Below are positions 31,135 through 40,381 of a DNA stretch of 64,000 bases, one piece after another. Origin of the DNA: a virus; the IMG/VR virus record IMGVR_UViG_3300006925_000010, positions 15,571 to 79,570 of that record; one strand, 5' to 3'. The stretch's first letter is position 1. Every line of letters begins with the position of its first letter. The notes beneath the pieces were generated by a model. It saw only the letters and a program-made list of their open reading frames with translations, had not been told where the DNA came from and did not search any database. The translations under genes were made by a program, and so were the position numbers.

Positions 31135-33853
31135 AACTAGCGGAATTTCTCTTTCAGAAATAAATTCATTTTTAAGCAAAGGCAATAATATTAGTGCTTA
31201 CTATGATGAATTTTATTTAGATACAAAAAGAAATACATCAAAAATATTTACACCAGATAGGCCTATTAATTTTGGAGCATTTGACAACCTTGATAAACTT
31301 CCAGACGCAGATGTAATACTTCCACTAGTTGAGTTAACCAGTCAAAGAGGTAGTGGTGATTACTTTAAGGGCGACGGTGCAGATATTACACTATCAGTTG
31401 TATTAAAAGCAAAGAAAAGTAGTGAGCCTCAACCAGTATTATCTTTTAGACCAGAACAAAGACCACAAAGTACAGTAATAAAATGGTACGAAACAACAGG
31501 TGGCGCATTTACAGAAATAACAAGTAACGTTACCCAAACTATGGCTCTCCCTACGTCTTGGAGGTTTAGTTTTGAATTTATGGGATTCGGCAGGAGTCCT
31601 AAGCAACCCGAATATGTATTTCGTTCAGTGTTAAAAATACCAAAAGACACCACAGGGACAAGAACATTTGTTGCTAGGGCAGAAGTATTCACATATAATA
31701 TTGAGACCGACGAAGTGGCAGGTTCGGCAATTACAACATTTGACCCATATAAGATTTCTATTCAAGAAGCAGGTGAACCAGTAGTAAAAGCAACAGTTAA
31801 TATGCCAGGCACTAATACATCAGGAACAATTATAACTTACACAGATGGTTCAGCAACGTCATATCCGGCACTAGGTGTAGGATTCAATTATACATTTAGT
31901 GAAGGTGAATCACCAGGCTATATAAAAACAGATAGATCGGAATCACATGTAAGTTATGTGTCATACAATGGCGGCGCATTTGTGGCTTCTACCGCTAATG
32001 GTGTTGGACCATATGGCCCGTTTCATCAGAGTCACGATCCTACTAGAAGTCCTAAAGAGTTTGGCTATTGGGTAAGAGCTCCTATCAAATATACTGTTCC
32101 GGGCGAGTATCGTTTCAAATTAATATCATCTGTAAGTAATACATTTACAAAACCAGACGGAACAACAGGTTATGTCATTACAGCAACAGATGAAGCCATT
32201 CACACAGCCACAATTGGAAGTAAAACAGTTGATAATGCCGTACCAACATTATTAGGTTGGACAATTAATGAAGATTCTATATCAGAGGATGGCGGAATAG
32301 CAACAGCAACATTATCTACACAACATGCTATAGGAGAAGAGATAACACTTGCCGCTAGTGAAAACTTTGGAATTAATCTCAAAACATGGAAGGTGCAGAA
32401 AATAACTGCTAACTCAATGACATTTAAGTTCACGTCAAAGGCAAGGAATCACGGCGATAACAGAACATTAACATTATATGCTACACCTAAGGGCAACGAC
32501 TGGGACGATACTACTAGGGTAAGTGATACTGTTACATTAACTAATTCCGGTGCACCTACACTATTGGATGGATATGGCATGAATGGTGTCAACTCAGTAA
32601 ATGAAGGCAGTTCGTTTACTTACACATTAAAAGGTGTAAACTTTCAAGAAGAGGATTATACATGGACAACTACATTCCCAGCCGCGTCAGTGGTTAACAC
32701 TAGCGGTTCGTTTTCAACTCCTTATGCAGGCAATTATTATACTGGTAATTATCACGGCACATTCACAGTTGATACGGTAGTAAGAACAGACCACTACGAA
32801 GATGTAACAGGTGGACAAATTAAGGTTTATAGGAATGGCCAGTTATATACTCAAAGTGGTGCAAAACTAAAAATTAAAAACACAACAGCACAACCAGTGA
32901 CATTACCGTCTTCATCTGGATTGGCTCCGATAGTACATAACAAGATAACGAGAGATACACTCAACGAACCATGGTATGGATTAGGAGGTGTTAGTATTAC
33001 ACTTAATAAAGATAGTACATGGTCTTCCTCATCCGGGCAAACAGGTACTTACGCAACACCGGCGCCATTAGAAGGTGACTGGATTCCAGTAATTTCGGAG
33101 GCTGGGCCTATAGCAAAAGCCATCTTCCAAGAAGATCAGATAATTAACATAAAACCTAGTGGCTACTTTGCCTTTACACAGCAATTTAGTCAGAGTAGTG
33201 CAACATTGAACGTTAGAGGAGTAGCGGCTCAAAGTATTATAGGCCATGGTAGTTGCACATTTACATACATTTTTAAAAATACAGTTTCAAAAGAAACAAG
33301 GACCGGAGGGGTACTTAATTTGTCCGTATTTGTACACGCAATACCTTCAAGACAAATTGGAGTTCAGGTAGTGAATAATTTTGAAGGGGAGCAACAAATC
33401 TACGGCGTTGACGTTGACCCAGAGATAGTTGAGGAAGTTCATCCGGCACGTGGCGGTCTAATTAGAGATTATTGTGGCAAGAATAATATAAAATGGGGGG
33501 CTTATCATGACGGCAATGGCGGTCATTATGCTCGTATTATAGAACGTAATTCAGTTGATTGTGGATATGTAAATCCATATACTGATAGTGGGATTAAGCC
33601 AACAGAAAGACATGAAGAATCAATTGATGTTACTACTCCAAGTTATGCCGCAGGTGGAACAGTTACTAACGAAGTTAACCAAAATATATATAATGCAAAA
33701 CTTGCCGAAATTGACGAAGAAGCACGCCAGCAGGTGCTAGACTCCATTGCTAAGAACGGATTACCCGATTTAACTAACGTGTTAGCCGGCATAACAGTTG
33801 ATATAAGCAAGATAAAGATCGATATAGGTAGCATAAACATAGGTAGTATATAA
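31121..33853 (+). CDS. Putative fibre-tip adhesin / receptor-binding protein (910 aa) with Ig-like repeats
   Basis: Overlaps the S74 fibre stop. N-terminus MPISKTSGISLSEIN...ISAYY...PINFGAF resembles the docking segment of gp38-style adhesins; repeats SISEDGGIATATLST and SVNEGSSFTYTL. Confidence 0.55.
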   Translation: MPISKTSGISLSEINSFLSKGNNISAYYDEFYLDTKRNTSKIFTPDRPINFGAFDNLDKLPDADVILPLVELTSQRGSGDYFKGDGADITLSVVLKAKKSSEPQPVLSFRPEQRPQSTVIKWYETTGGAFTEITSNVTQTMALPTSWRFSFEFMGFGRSPKQPEYVFRSVLKIPKDTTGTRTFVARAEVFTYNIETDEVAGSAITTFDPYKISIQEAGEPVVKATVNMPGTNTSGTIITYTDGSATSYPALGVGFNYTFSEGESPGYIKTDRSESHVSYVSYNGGAFVASTANGVGPYGPFHQSHDPTRSPKEFGYWVRAPIKYTVPGEYRFKLISSVSNTFTKPDGTTGYVITATDEAIHTATIGSKTVDNAVPTLLGWTINEDSISEDGGIATATLSTQHAIGEEITLAASENFGINLKTWKVQKITANSMTFKFTSKARNHGDNRTLTLYATPKGNDWDDTTRVSDTVTLTNSGAPTLLDGYGMNGVNSVNEGSSFTYTLKGVNFQEEDYTWTTTFPAASVVNTSGSFSTPYAGNYYTGNYHGTFTVDTVVRTDHYEDVTGGQIKVYRNGQLYTQSGAKLKIKNTTAQPVTLPSSSGLAPIVHNKITRDTLNEPWYGLGGVSITLNKDSTWSSSSGQTGTYATPAPLEGDWIPVISEAGPIAKAIFQEDQIINIKPSGYFAFTQQFSQSSATLNVRGVAAQSIIGHGSCTFTYIFKNTVSKETRTGGVLNLSVFVHAIPSRQIGVQVVNNFEGEQQIYGVDVDPEIVEEVHPARGGLIRDYCGKNNIKWGAYHDGNGGHYARIIERNSVDCGYVNPYTDSGIKPTERHEESIDVTTPSYAAGGTVTNEVNQNIYNAKLAEIDEEARQQVLDSIAKNGLPDLTNVLAGITVDISKIKIDIGSINIGSI

Positions 33854-33887
33854 TAAATATGTGCGTAGTTAATAAAGATGATAAATA
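33852..33887 (+). promoter_or_regulatory. Two late-promoter-like ATAAATA boxes upstream of the second fibre
   Basis: AATAAATA at 33852-33859 (followed by TGTGCGTAGTT) and GATAAATA at 33880-33887. Confidence 0.6.
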
Positions 33888-33925
33888 ACAATAATGAAAA
33901 ACAATTTTAATGAGAGTAGACTATA

Positions 33926-36625
33926 ATGTCATATGATATAACAAATACAGACGGTACGTTAAGTTATTCCGTTGCTGACAACCAGGTAAACACTAGTCAG
34001 TTTTCACTTGCATTAGTAGGACGTAATACAGCAAATTATGGACAATACTTTGCTCAAAATACCATTAGGCATTTAGAAAATTTTGCTGGTATTTCTGCAC
34101 CTACTCCAGGTACTAAACTGATAGGTCAACTATGGTTTGACAAAGGCGAAGATATACTTAGAGTATGGGACGGCACAAACTGGAAACGTGCAGGCGTTGT
34201 AGTAGGAAACACAAGACCAACAGACGGTGAAGGCTCAGGTACACAATTCTTTAACTTGGGTACAGAAAAATTAGAAATACACAACGGCACAGCCTTTGTA
34301 GAAGCAAACTACCCAGGAGAAGTAACAACAGACTATTCCTCAGATGCAACTAATGGTTCACCAGCACATTATGGTGCAAGACTAAGAACATTATTTTTAA
34401 AAGATTCCAACGGTAAGACATTACCAGTATTAGCATTAGTATATACTAAATCAGGCTCAACTGGTAACGCAGGTACAACAACAGTAAACGGGCAGAAAGA
34501 AACAATAATGACATTGTTCTCTGATCATCCTTCGTTTACGATAGCAAACCCAACAGCAACAGCAGTTGGTACAGAAACAATTGATTACTATCCAGAACTT
34601 ACAGGTACTGGTGGTATTGCATCAGCAAGAACAGGTAGATCAGCAGGTGTTATATTACCTGGATCTAATCAACGTGCTGAATACGAAGCGTCTCAAACAG
34701 CAAACTTCTCAACATTATATGCAACATCAATTGGTGATGCATCTAATCCAGTTTCATCTGGACATGTTGATACATTAACAGTTAATACCCAATTAAATAT
34801 TCCAGGTGCGGCCGCTGTAACCGGCGACTTAACTGTAGGCGGAAGTATAGGTGTAACAGGCGATGTTACAGGTACAACAAGTACAGCCACATTTGCAAAC
34901 ATTGTTGTTACAGCAGGTTCTATATTAAGTGGTGATACAACAATCAATGGTAACCTAACACTTAATGGTGTTAACACACAGACGTTAGGTACTGATGCAC
35001 AAAAAGTAGAAACTATATTTGGTAACGCAATTGATACACAAAGTTTAACAGTAGATGGTACAGCCACTATTGCTACACTAAATTCAACATCAATGACCGT
35101 ATCAAGTTTAGCAACACTAACAAGTGCAACCATTTCAGGAACAACCACATTAAATGGCGCAGTCAACTTAGGTGATGATAGTGCAGACTCTATTACAGTT
35201 AACGGTACAACATCGTTTGTGGGTGCAACCACATTTAACAGTGATATAGTATTAAGTTCAGGAACAGACTTAACTATCAGTAACGGTCAATTAATACTAG
35301 CAGGTTCAAGTAGTATCACTGGTGCGGCATCAAACATATTAATTGATAATCAGGGTTCATTAAACAATCCTAGATTTATTACATTTGTAAATGGTTCTAC
35401 TGATGATACACAATATAAATTAGAGAATGACGCAGGTCTTTCATATGTTCCTCAAACAAATACATTATCTACCACAGCAATTACGGCATCGGGAACATTA
35501 ACGTTCGGTACGTTAAGTGACGGCTCATTATCAGTAACTGCTTTTATTGACGATGATTCAATGGCAACAGCAAGTGCTACAACATTAGCATCATCAGAAT
35601 CTATTAAAGCATACGTTGATGCACAAGTAACAGCATCAGATGACGACTTAACTATATCAGGCGATTCTGGTTCAGGAACAATTAATTTAGATACCGAAAC
35701 ATTAGGAATTAAAACAGGTGCTGGTTTAACATCGGCGGTGTCTGGTAACGATGCAACTATCACTTTAAATACAACATTAACTGGCATGTCTAGTATTACT
35801 TCATCTGCGTTAGTAGGTGATTTAACAGGTGACGTTACAAGTTCAGGAACAAGTAGTTTTAATAATGTTACTTTATCAGGCTTACTAACTGGTATCTCTA
35901 CAAAAGCACAACAGATTAATTTAACAGCAGAAAATAGTTCCGGATCACAACATTCTATATTATTTAGTCCAGGTGCAACAGGTTACGAAGCAATCAAAAC
36001 TGACACTGGATTGTATTACACACCTAGCACAAATACACTTACAGCAAGTGTATTTGATGGTACAGCAGACGTTAGCACTAAGCAAACATTAACTGCTACT
36101 AATACATCAACTTCAACACATTACCCATTATTTGCAGATGCGGCAACAGGTGACGAAGACGTTAGAACTGATACAGGGTATACCTATGTTCCAACATCAG
36201 GAACATTAACAGCAACCATATTTAACGGTGAAGCAGTAACGGCTCGTTATGCGGATTTGGCTGAGATATATTCAGCAGATGCAGACTACGAAGCAGGCAC
36301 AGTTGTGAAACTGGGCGGCAGTGAAGAAATTACAATGACACTATCACACAACGACACTGAAGTATTTGGTGTCATCTCAACTAATCCTGCATACTTGATG
36401 AACAAAGATGCAGAGGGTTTACCAGTTGCATTAACAGGTCGTGTACCAGTTAAGGTAATTGGACCAGTAAGCAAAGGCGACAGGCTGGTATCAAGTGATG
36501 TTCCAGGTGTTGCAAGAAGTATTGGTAACGATACATACGATGCTAGAGCAGTTATAGGCCGTGCATTACAAAACAAACAAAATAGCGACGATGGCGTTAT
36601 AGAAGCAGTCATCGGTGTAAAATAG
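33926..36625 (+). CDS. Tail fibre protein with C-terminal peptidase G2-like autocleavage chaperone
   Basis: N-terminus paralogous to the 28792 fibre (LVGRN..NYG...LENFA...GQLWFD). C-terminal ARYADLAEIY...GTVV...GVISTNPAYLMN...VALTGRVPVKV.G...KGD.LV. Confidence 0.8.
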   Translation: MSYDITNTDGTLSYSVADNQVNTSQFSLALVGRNTANYGQYFAQNTIRHLENFAGISAPTPGTKLIGQLWFDKGEDILRVWDGTNWKRAGVVVGNTRPTDGEGSGTQFFNLGTEKLEIHNGTAFVEANYPGEVTTDYSSDATNGSPAHYGARLRTLFLKDSNGKTLPVLALVYTKSGSTGNAGTTTVNGQKETIMTLFSDHPSFTIANPTATAVGTETIDYYPELTGTGGIASARTGRSAGVILPGSNQRAEYEASQTANFSTLYATSIGDASNPVSSGHVDTLTVNTQLNIPGAAAVTGDLTVGGSIGVTGDVTGTTSTATFANIVVTAGSILSGDTTINGNLTLNGVNTQTLGTDAQKVETIFGNAIDTQSLTVDGTATIATLNSTSMTVSSLATLTSATISGTTTLNGAVNLGDDSADSITVNGTTSFVGATTFNSDIVLSSGTDLTISNGQLILAGSSSITGAASNILIDNQGSLNNPRFITFVNGSTDDTQYKLENDAGLSYVPQTNTLSTTAITASGTLTFGTLSDGSLSVTAFIDDDSMATASATTLASSESIKAYVDAQVTASDDDLTISGDSGSGTINLDTETLGIKTGAGLTSAVSGNDATITLNTTLTGMSSITSSALVGDLTGDVTSSGTSSFNNVTLSGLLTGISTKAQQINLTAENSSGSQHSILFSPGATGYEAIKTDTGLYYTPSTNTLTASVFDGTADVSTKQTLTATNTSTSTHYPLFADAATGDEDVRTDTGYTYVPTSGTLTATIFNGEAVTARYADLAEIYSADADYEAGTVVKLGGSEEITMTLSHNDTEVFGVISTNPAYLMNKDAEGLPVALTGRVPVKVIGPVSKGDRLVSSDVPGVARSIGNDTYDARAVIGRALQNKQNSDDGVIEAVIGVK

Positions 36626-36656
36626 GTAAATAGTAGTATAAATTAGGAGTTAACAA

Positions 36657-37622
36657 ATGGCATCAGGATCAAGTTATACAGTATCAGGCGGAACTACAAT
36701 GACAGGAGTCGTTGCAGGAGACGTTATCGATGATGCAGATTTCAATAATGCTAGAACAAACATTAATACATTAATGGGCAATGCCGCAGACGTTACAACA
36801 GGAACATTTACTGCATCAAGTACATACGGATGGGGTCAAGGTGGTGCAGGTGTTAGTGCCGCGTCAGCCGGTAGCACAGTTCAAGATACAGGTGCTGGTG
36901 GTTTTAAAGACTTACAGGACGATGTGCAGGCAATGTGTGCATTTTTAGGAATTACTGTTAGAGCAAATGTTGGAACTGACGTAACAACATCAACAACAAT
37001 TAATGCAACAACTTGGACTAACTTGATGTTAAACGTACAAGATTGTTGGAATGGCAGATTTTCACCTAGTTCACGAACTATCTCAACAGATGCAAGTAAA
37101 ACTTTTACTAGTTCATGGACTGGCACATTAAACCAAGAAACATCATGGACATTTGCAAATGAAGCCTCTACTAGAGCATTCTTTAATGGTGGTGGTAGAT
37201 TAGGTGTTTCAGGTTCATATACAGGTTCATCAGGTGATCAGTTTACAGCACATGCAAACAGAATGAGTGGCATGGGCGATTTTTATATGGGACATGATAA
37301 CATATCGGCAAGTGCCGGTACTAGTCAAGGCAAAGGTTTCTATGAATTAACAACATCATATGCAGAACTTTGGTCATACTACGGTGCAAGTTCACCTTAC
37401 TCAAATGACTATATTAAAGTTTTTGGTAAGGTAAATTCAACAACTAATCCAACTGTAGTAACATTAAAAACAACATTAGTTGACGCAACAGATAACGTTA
37501 TCGACGCCGCGGCAACAGGTACACTAACTCTTAACTGTAGAAGACATCAACCAGATGCAAGTGGTTCAGGGTTTAGTTTTGCAGTACCAACAGACAGCAT
37601 GGGCAATATTACAGGCTCATAA
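36657..37622 (+). CDS. Virion/tail-associated structural protein (321 aa)
   Basis: AGGAG RBS at 36645-36649, upstream TAAATA, G/S/T-rich composition, TF...RAFFNGGG motif, last gene of the tail module before a terminator. Confidence 0.6.
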   Translation: MASGSSYTVSGGTTMTGVVAGDVIDDADFNNARTNINTLMGNAADVTTGTFTASSTYGWGQGGAGVSAASAGSTVQDTGAGGFKDLQDDVQAMCAFLGITVRANVGTDVTTSTTINATTWTNLMLNVQDCWNGRFSPSSRTISTDASKTFTSSWTGTLNQETSWTFANEASTRAFFNGGGRLGVSGSYTGSSGDQFTAHANRMSGMGDFYMGHDNISASAGTSQGKGFYELTTSYAELWSYYGASSPYSNDYIKVFGKVNSTTNPTVVTLKTTLVDATDNVIDAAATGTLTLNCRRHQPDASGSGFSFAVPTDSMGNITGS

Positions 37623-37639
37623 TAAGAAACATTCTTATT

Positions 37640-37670
37640 AAAAAGCCAGTTCTAGTAACTGGCTTTTTTT
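37640..37670 (+). terminator. Intrinsic terminator, potentially bidirectional
   Basis: AAAAAGCCAGTT-CTAGT-AACTGGCTTTTTTT: perfect stem with A and T tracts, just after the 37622 stop. Confidence 0.9.
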
Positions 37671-37675
37671 ATGGC

Positions 37676-37683
37676 TATAAATA
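37676..37683 (+). promoter_or_regulatory. T4-type late promoter TATAAATA
   Basis: Exact T4 late consensus in intergenic DNA upstream of the 37721 ORF. Confidence 0.75.
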
Positions 37684-37720
37684 ATATCTGTATAACACAT
37701 TTAGTTGTGCAAGGAAATAT

Positions 37721-38140
37721 ATGAATATATTAAATCACATTACTAATAACTTGAAAACAGTTTTAGTGGATAGATGGAAAGACTTCAGCGGAAGAAGTAA
37801 TAGACCAGAGTATTGGTTCTTTAGTTTGTATGCATCAATTATAATGTTTGTGCTTATGGGTATAGACAACTTAATTGGTTTTACATTCTGGAATTGGATT
37901 GACCCTTTTGGATCACCTAACACAGGTATCCTTGGAGCAATCTTTTTATTAGGAACACTTCCAGCAAGTTTGGCTGTAACAGCCAGAAGGCTACATGACA
38001 GAGGTCATAGTGCATGGTGGATTATCGGATTATTTGTTCCAGGATTAAACTTTATTGTTTTTTACTGGTTAGTAAGAGCGGCTAAAGATACACCTGAAGC
38101 AAAGAAATATGTAAACCCTTACGGTAAATTACCTAAGTAA
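37721..38140 (+). CDS. DUF805 family (YhaH/YhaI-like) inner-membrane protein
   Basis: DFSGRSNRPEYWFF and LAVTARRLHDRGHSAWW signatures with three hydrophobic segments. Confidence 0.9.
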   Translation: MNILNHITNNLKTVLVDRWKDFSGRSNRPEYWFFSLYASIIMFVLMGIDNLIGFTFWNWIDPFGSPNTGILGAIFLLGTLPASLAVTARRLHDRGHSAWWIIGLFVPGLNFIVFYWLVRAAKDTPEAKKYVNPYGKLPK

Positions 38141-38159
38141 GTTTTCATAACGCATTAGA

Positions 38160-38186
38160 GGCCAGTTATAAATACTGGCTTTTTTT
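38160..38186 (+). terminator. Intrinsic terminator
   Basis: GCCAGT-TATAAAT-ACTGGC followed by T7. Confidence 0.85.
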
Positions 38187-38192
38187 GTGACT

Positions 38193-38200
38193 TATAAATA
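38193..38200 (+). promoter_or_regulatory. T4-type late promoter TATAAATA at the head of the enzyme cluster
   Basis: Exact consensus 25 nt upstream of the 38226 ATG; AGGA RBS present. Confidence 0.8.
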
Positions 38201-38225
38201 GTACTATATACATACAGGATCATAT

Positions 38226-38597
38226 ATGGCGGCTAAACTACAGACAGCATTAGAGTTTTCTAACTACAGACAGACACTAAACAACCAAAAAGAAGTATTA
38301 AAAGCAAAAACAGAAAGTTTGCTAAGTTATAGTATTAATGGTGGTACATTTACTATTGATCGAGAACTTATTACTTTTGTCAAAGTTTTAATTGACGATA
38401 AGCACACTGATGCTATACTATTAGATATTTACAATCATCCTATTGCAATAGACTTACAAAACTTTTACGGTGAAATAATGAGTAGATATTTTGAAGTAAC
38501 CAATGACTATTATGTAGAGTATGAAAACATAAGAAAAGCAAGGAAAGTATCTTCTGTATTAGACTTAAATAATCCAGGAAGTGATAGTGGCGAATAG
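38226..38597 (+). CDS. Hypothetical protein (123 aa), first gene of the glycosyltransferase module
   Basis: RBS, upstream late promoter, overlap with the next gene; function not recognised. Confidence 0.75.
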   Translation: MAAKLQTALEFSNYRQTLNNQKEVLKAKTESLLSYSINGGTFTIDRELITFVKVLIDDKHTDAILLDIYNHPIAIDLQNFYGEIMSRYFEVTNDYYVEYENIRKARKVSSVLDLNNPGSDSGE

Positions 38598-39546
38598 CAG
38601 TCGTGGGGTAATAATGTTTGCCCACAACAATACAGAGATAGACTACATAAAGTTAGCATACGTTAACAGCCTGCTAATACAAAAGCATATGGGCTTAGAT
38701 AGAACACAGATTACTGTAGTTACTGATCCTCATAGCCTCGAACACGGTAAAAAAACAATTGGTATTAGAAAAATGCAACAAGCATTTAAGAATACCGTTG
38801 TAGTAGAAAAAGACATAAAGTTTAAACAGAGTAATGTTAGAACATACAAAGACACCAGTCACACAGCAAAGCAATTACAGTTTTACAACGTTAATCGTTG
38901 TGATGCATACGATATATCACCGTACGACGAAACGTTGCTTATAGACGTTGATTATATTATACAAAGCGATTCTCTTAATCAAGTATGGGGTCATAACAAC
39001 GAACTTATGATGAATTGGGAGTTCCAGGATATACTTAATGATAGAAAGTTTCCTGCATTAGATAGACTAGGCCCTACTGGTATAACAATGTATTGGGCTA
39101 CAGTAGTTTACTTTAAAAAGTCCTCATACGCAGAAACGTTTTTTAACTTTGTTAAACATGTTAAAAATAACAAAGAATACTACGGTGACTTGTACAGATG
39201 GTATGGCACGTTATACAGAAACGATTATAGTTTTAGTATTGCGGCACACATGATAAGTGGCTATCAAGACAAAGGTGTACCCCAACTACCTCACAAATTA
39301 TATAAAACGTTTGATACAGACGATGTCGAGGAAGCCATCAGCGACAATGATTTATTACTGTATCTAGAGAAAGTTAGAAGTCCAGGAGACTTTATTCTTG
39401 CAAGATGGAAAGGAGTTGACTTACATATAATGAACAAGTGGGCTCTAAATAGAATAAGCGAAACAATGATAAAACACTTAATTACTGCAAAAAGACCTGC
39501 TAAGAAAATAGCAAAAGAAGTAGAGATAGAACATGTGGATGCATGA
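38581..39546 (+). CDS. Glycosyltransferase-like protein, GT-A fold (start may be GTG 38587)
   Basis: N-terminal RGVIMFAHNN..DYIKLA and SPYDETLLIDVDY (DxD) resemble GT8/GT71-type enzymes; paralogue of 40381. Confidence 0.65.
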   Translation: MIVANSSRGVIMFAHNNTEIDYIKLAYVNSLLIQKHMGLDRTQITVVTDPHSLEHGKKTIGIRKMQQAFKNTVVVEKDIKFKQSNVRTYKDTSHTAKQLQFYNVNRCDAYDISPYDETLLIDVDYIIQSDSLNQVWGHNNELMMNWEFQDILNDRKFPALDRLGPTGITMYWATVVYFKKSSYAETFFNFVKHVKNNKEYYGDLYRWYGTLYRNDYSFSIAAHMISGYQDKGVPQLPHKLYKTFDTDDVEEAISDNDLLLYLEKVRSPGDFILARWKGVDLHIMNKWALNRISETMIKHLITAKRPAKKIAKEVEIEHVDA

Positions 39547-39676
39547 TTGTGCTGTTGGCGGACCGACAGCAACAGAGTCTGACCAACCTTGCAATTGGTG
39601 TAATATCACGCAAGAAGACATTATGGATAAGGAAATAAACACAAACCACGATACACTGGAACCCGTAGATGAGTAA
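39533..39676 (+). CDS. Small Cys/His protein (47 aa), not in the ORF track
   Basis: MWMHDCAVGGPTATESDQPCNWCNITQED...; HxC...CxxC pattern; overlaps both neighbours and tiles the gap. Confidence 0.6.
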   Translation: MWMHDCAVGGPTATESDQPCNWCNITQEDIMDKEINTNHDTLEPVDE

Positions 39677-39848
39677 GTCAAAGGCACCAGAACTAGGAGA
39701 TATGATAGAACATATCTGTGCCCTTAACGGTAAGTTTGAGGGCAAGGTTGTACAACTATTAGCAATGCAATTTGTTTACGAAACCAAAGAAGGTAATCGT
39801 AGATTTTGTTTGTTTAAAGAACAATGGAAAAAGTTAGATGAAGACTAG
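39669..39848 (+). CDS. Small hypothetical protein (59 aa), not in the ORF track
   Basis: MSKSKAPELGDMIEHICALNGKFEGKVVQLLAMQFVYETKEGNRRFCLFKEQWKKLDED; overlaps both neighbours; SH3/KOW-like pattern. Confidence 0.65.
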   Translation: MSKSKAPELGDMIEHICALNGKFEGKVVQLLAMQFVYETKEGNRRFCLFKEQWKKLDED

Positions 39849-40290
39849 GTATTACATACTCGCAGGTATAGTTTACACATTGGTTGTAGGCTTTGTTGTG
39901 AATGCTGTAACCTACAGAGTGACATACGAAGAAGTTAAGGAAAAATGCTTAGTAGACGGCTGTATATCTGTATATGAATACACAGGCGAAGTAGGTGGTG
40001 AGGAGTGGGAAGAACTAATTCTCATTGCCGAAGAGGCTGAAGAAGAAGCAGAAATGTGGAAGGCAGATGCCGACGCAAAATGGGAAAGTGACGAGAATCC
40101 ATACTACAACACAGCATCTGATCAATCTGATGCCGCAATATATGTTAATATGTTTATGATGTTAGCAGACCCTATAAACTGGTTGTTCACATTTATAATT
40201 GCTACATTTATAGCAGGATTCTACTTAGCATTTTATAGTTGTAAACTTGCTATAGAAAGATATTTTAGGGGAGACCATGGGGAAGATTAG
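39838..40290 (+). CDS. Hypothetical membrane protein (150 aa)
   Basis: Hydrophobic N- and C-terminal helices around an acidic loop. Confidence 0.7.
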   Translation: MKTRYYILAGIVYTLVVGFVVNAVTYRVTYEEVKEKCLVDGCISVYEYTGEVGGEEWEELILIAEEAEEEAEMWKADADAKWESDENPYYNTASDQSDAAIYVNMFMMLADPINWLFTFIIATFIAGFYLAFYSCKLAIERYFRGDHGED

Positions 40291-40381
40291 ACAATGGATC
40301 GGTCGTTGGTTTGATTATCACTTAGAAAGAAGTATGCAACGACATGCAAATAAGCAATGGAAAAATAGGAAAAAGCAGTAA
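40277..40381 (+). CDS. Small basic peptide (34 aa), not in the ORF track
   Basis: GGGGAG RBS; MGKIRQWIGRWFDYHLERSMQRHANKQWKNRKKQ; its TAA overlaps the next ATG (TAATG). Confidence 0.6.
   Translation: MGKIRQWIGRWFDYHLERSMQRHANKQWKNRKKQ

Noticed and set aside
37620-37640. Second hairpin TAATAAGAA-ACA-TTCTTATTA
   Set aside because: AT-rich and weak, adjacent to a much better terminator; not called separately.
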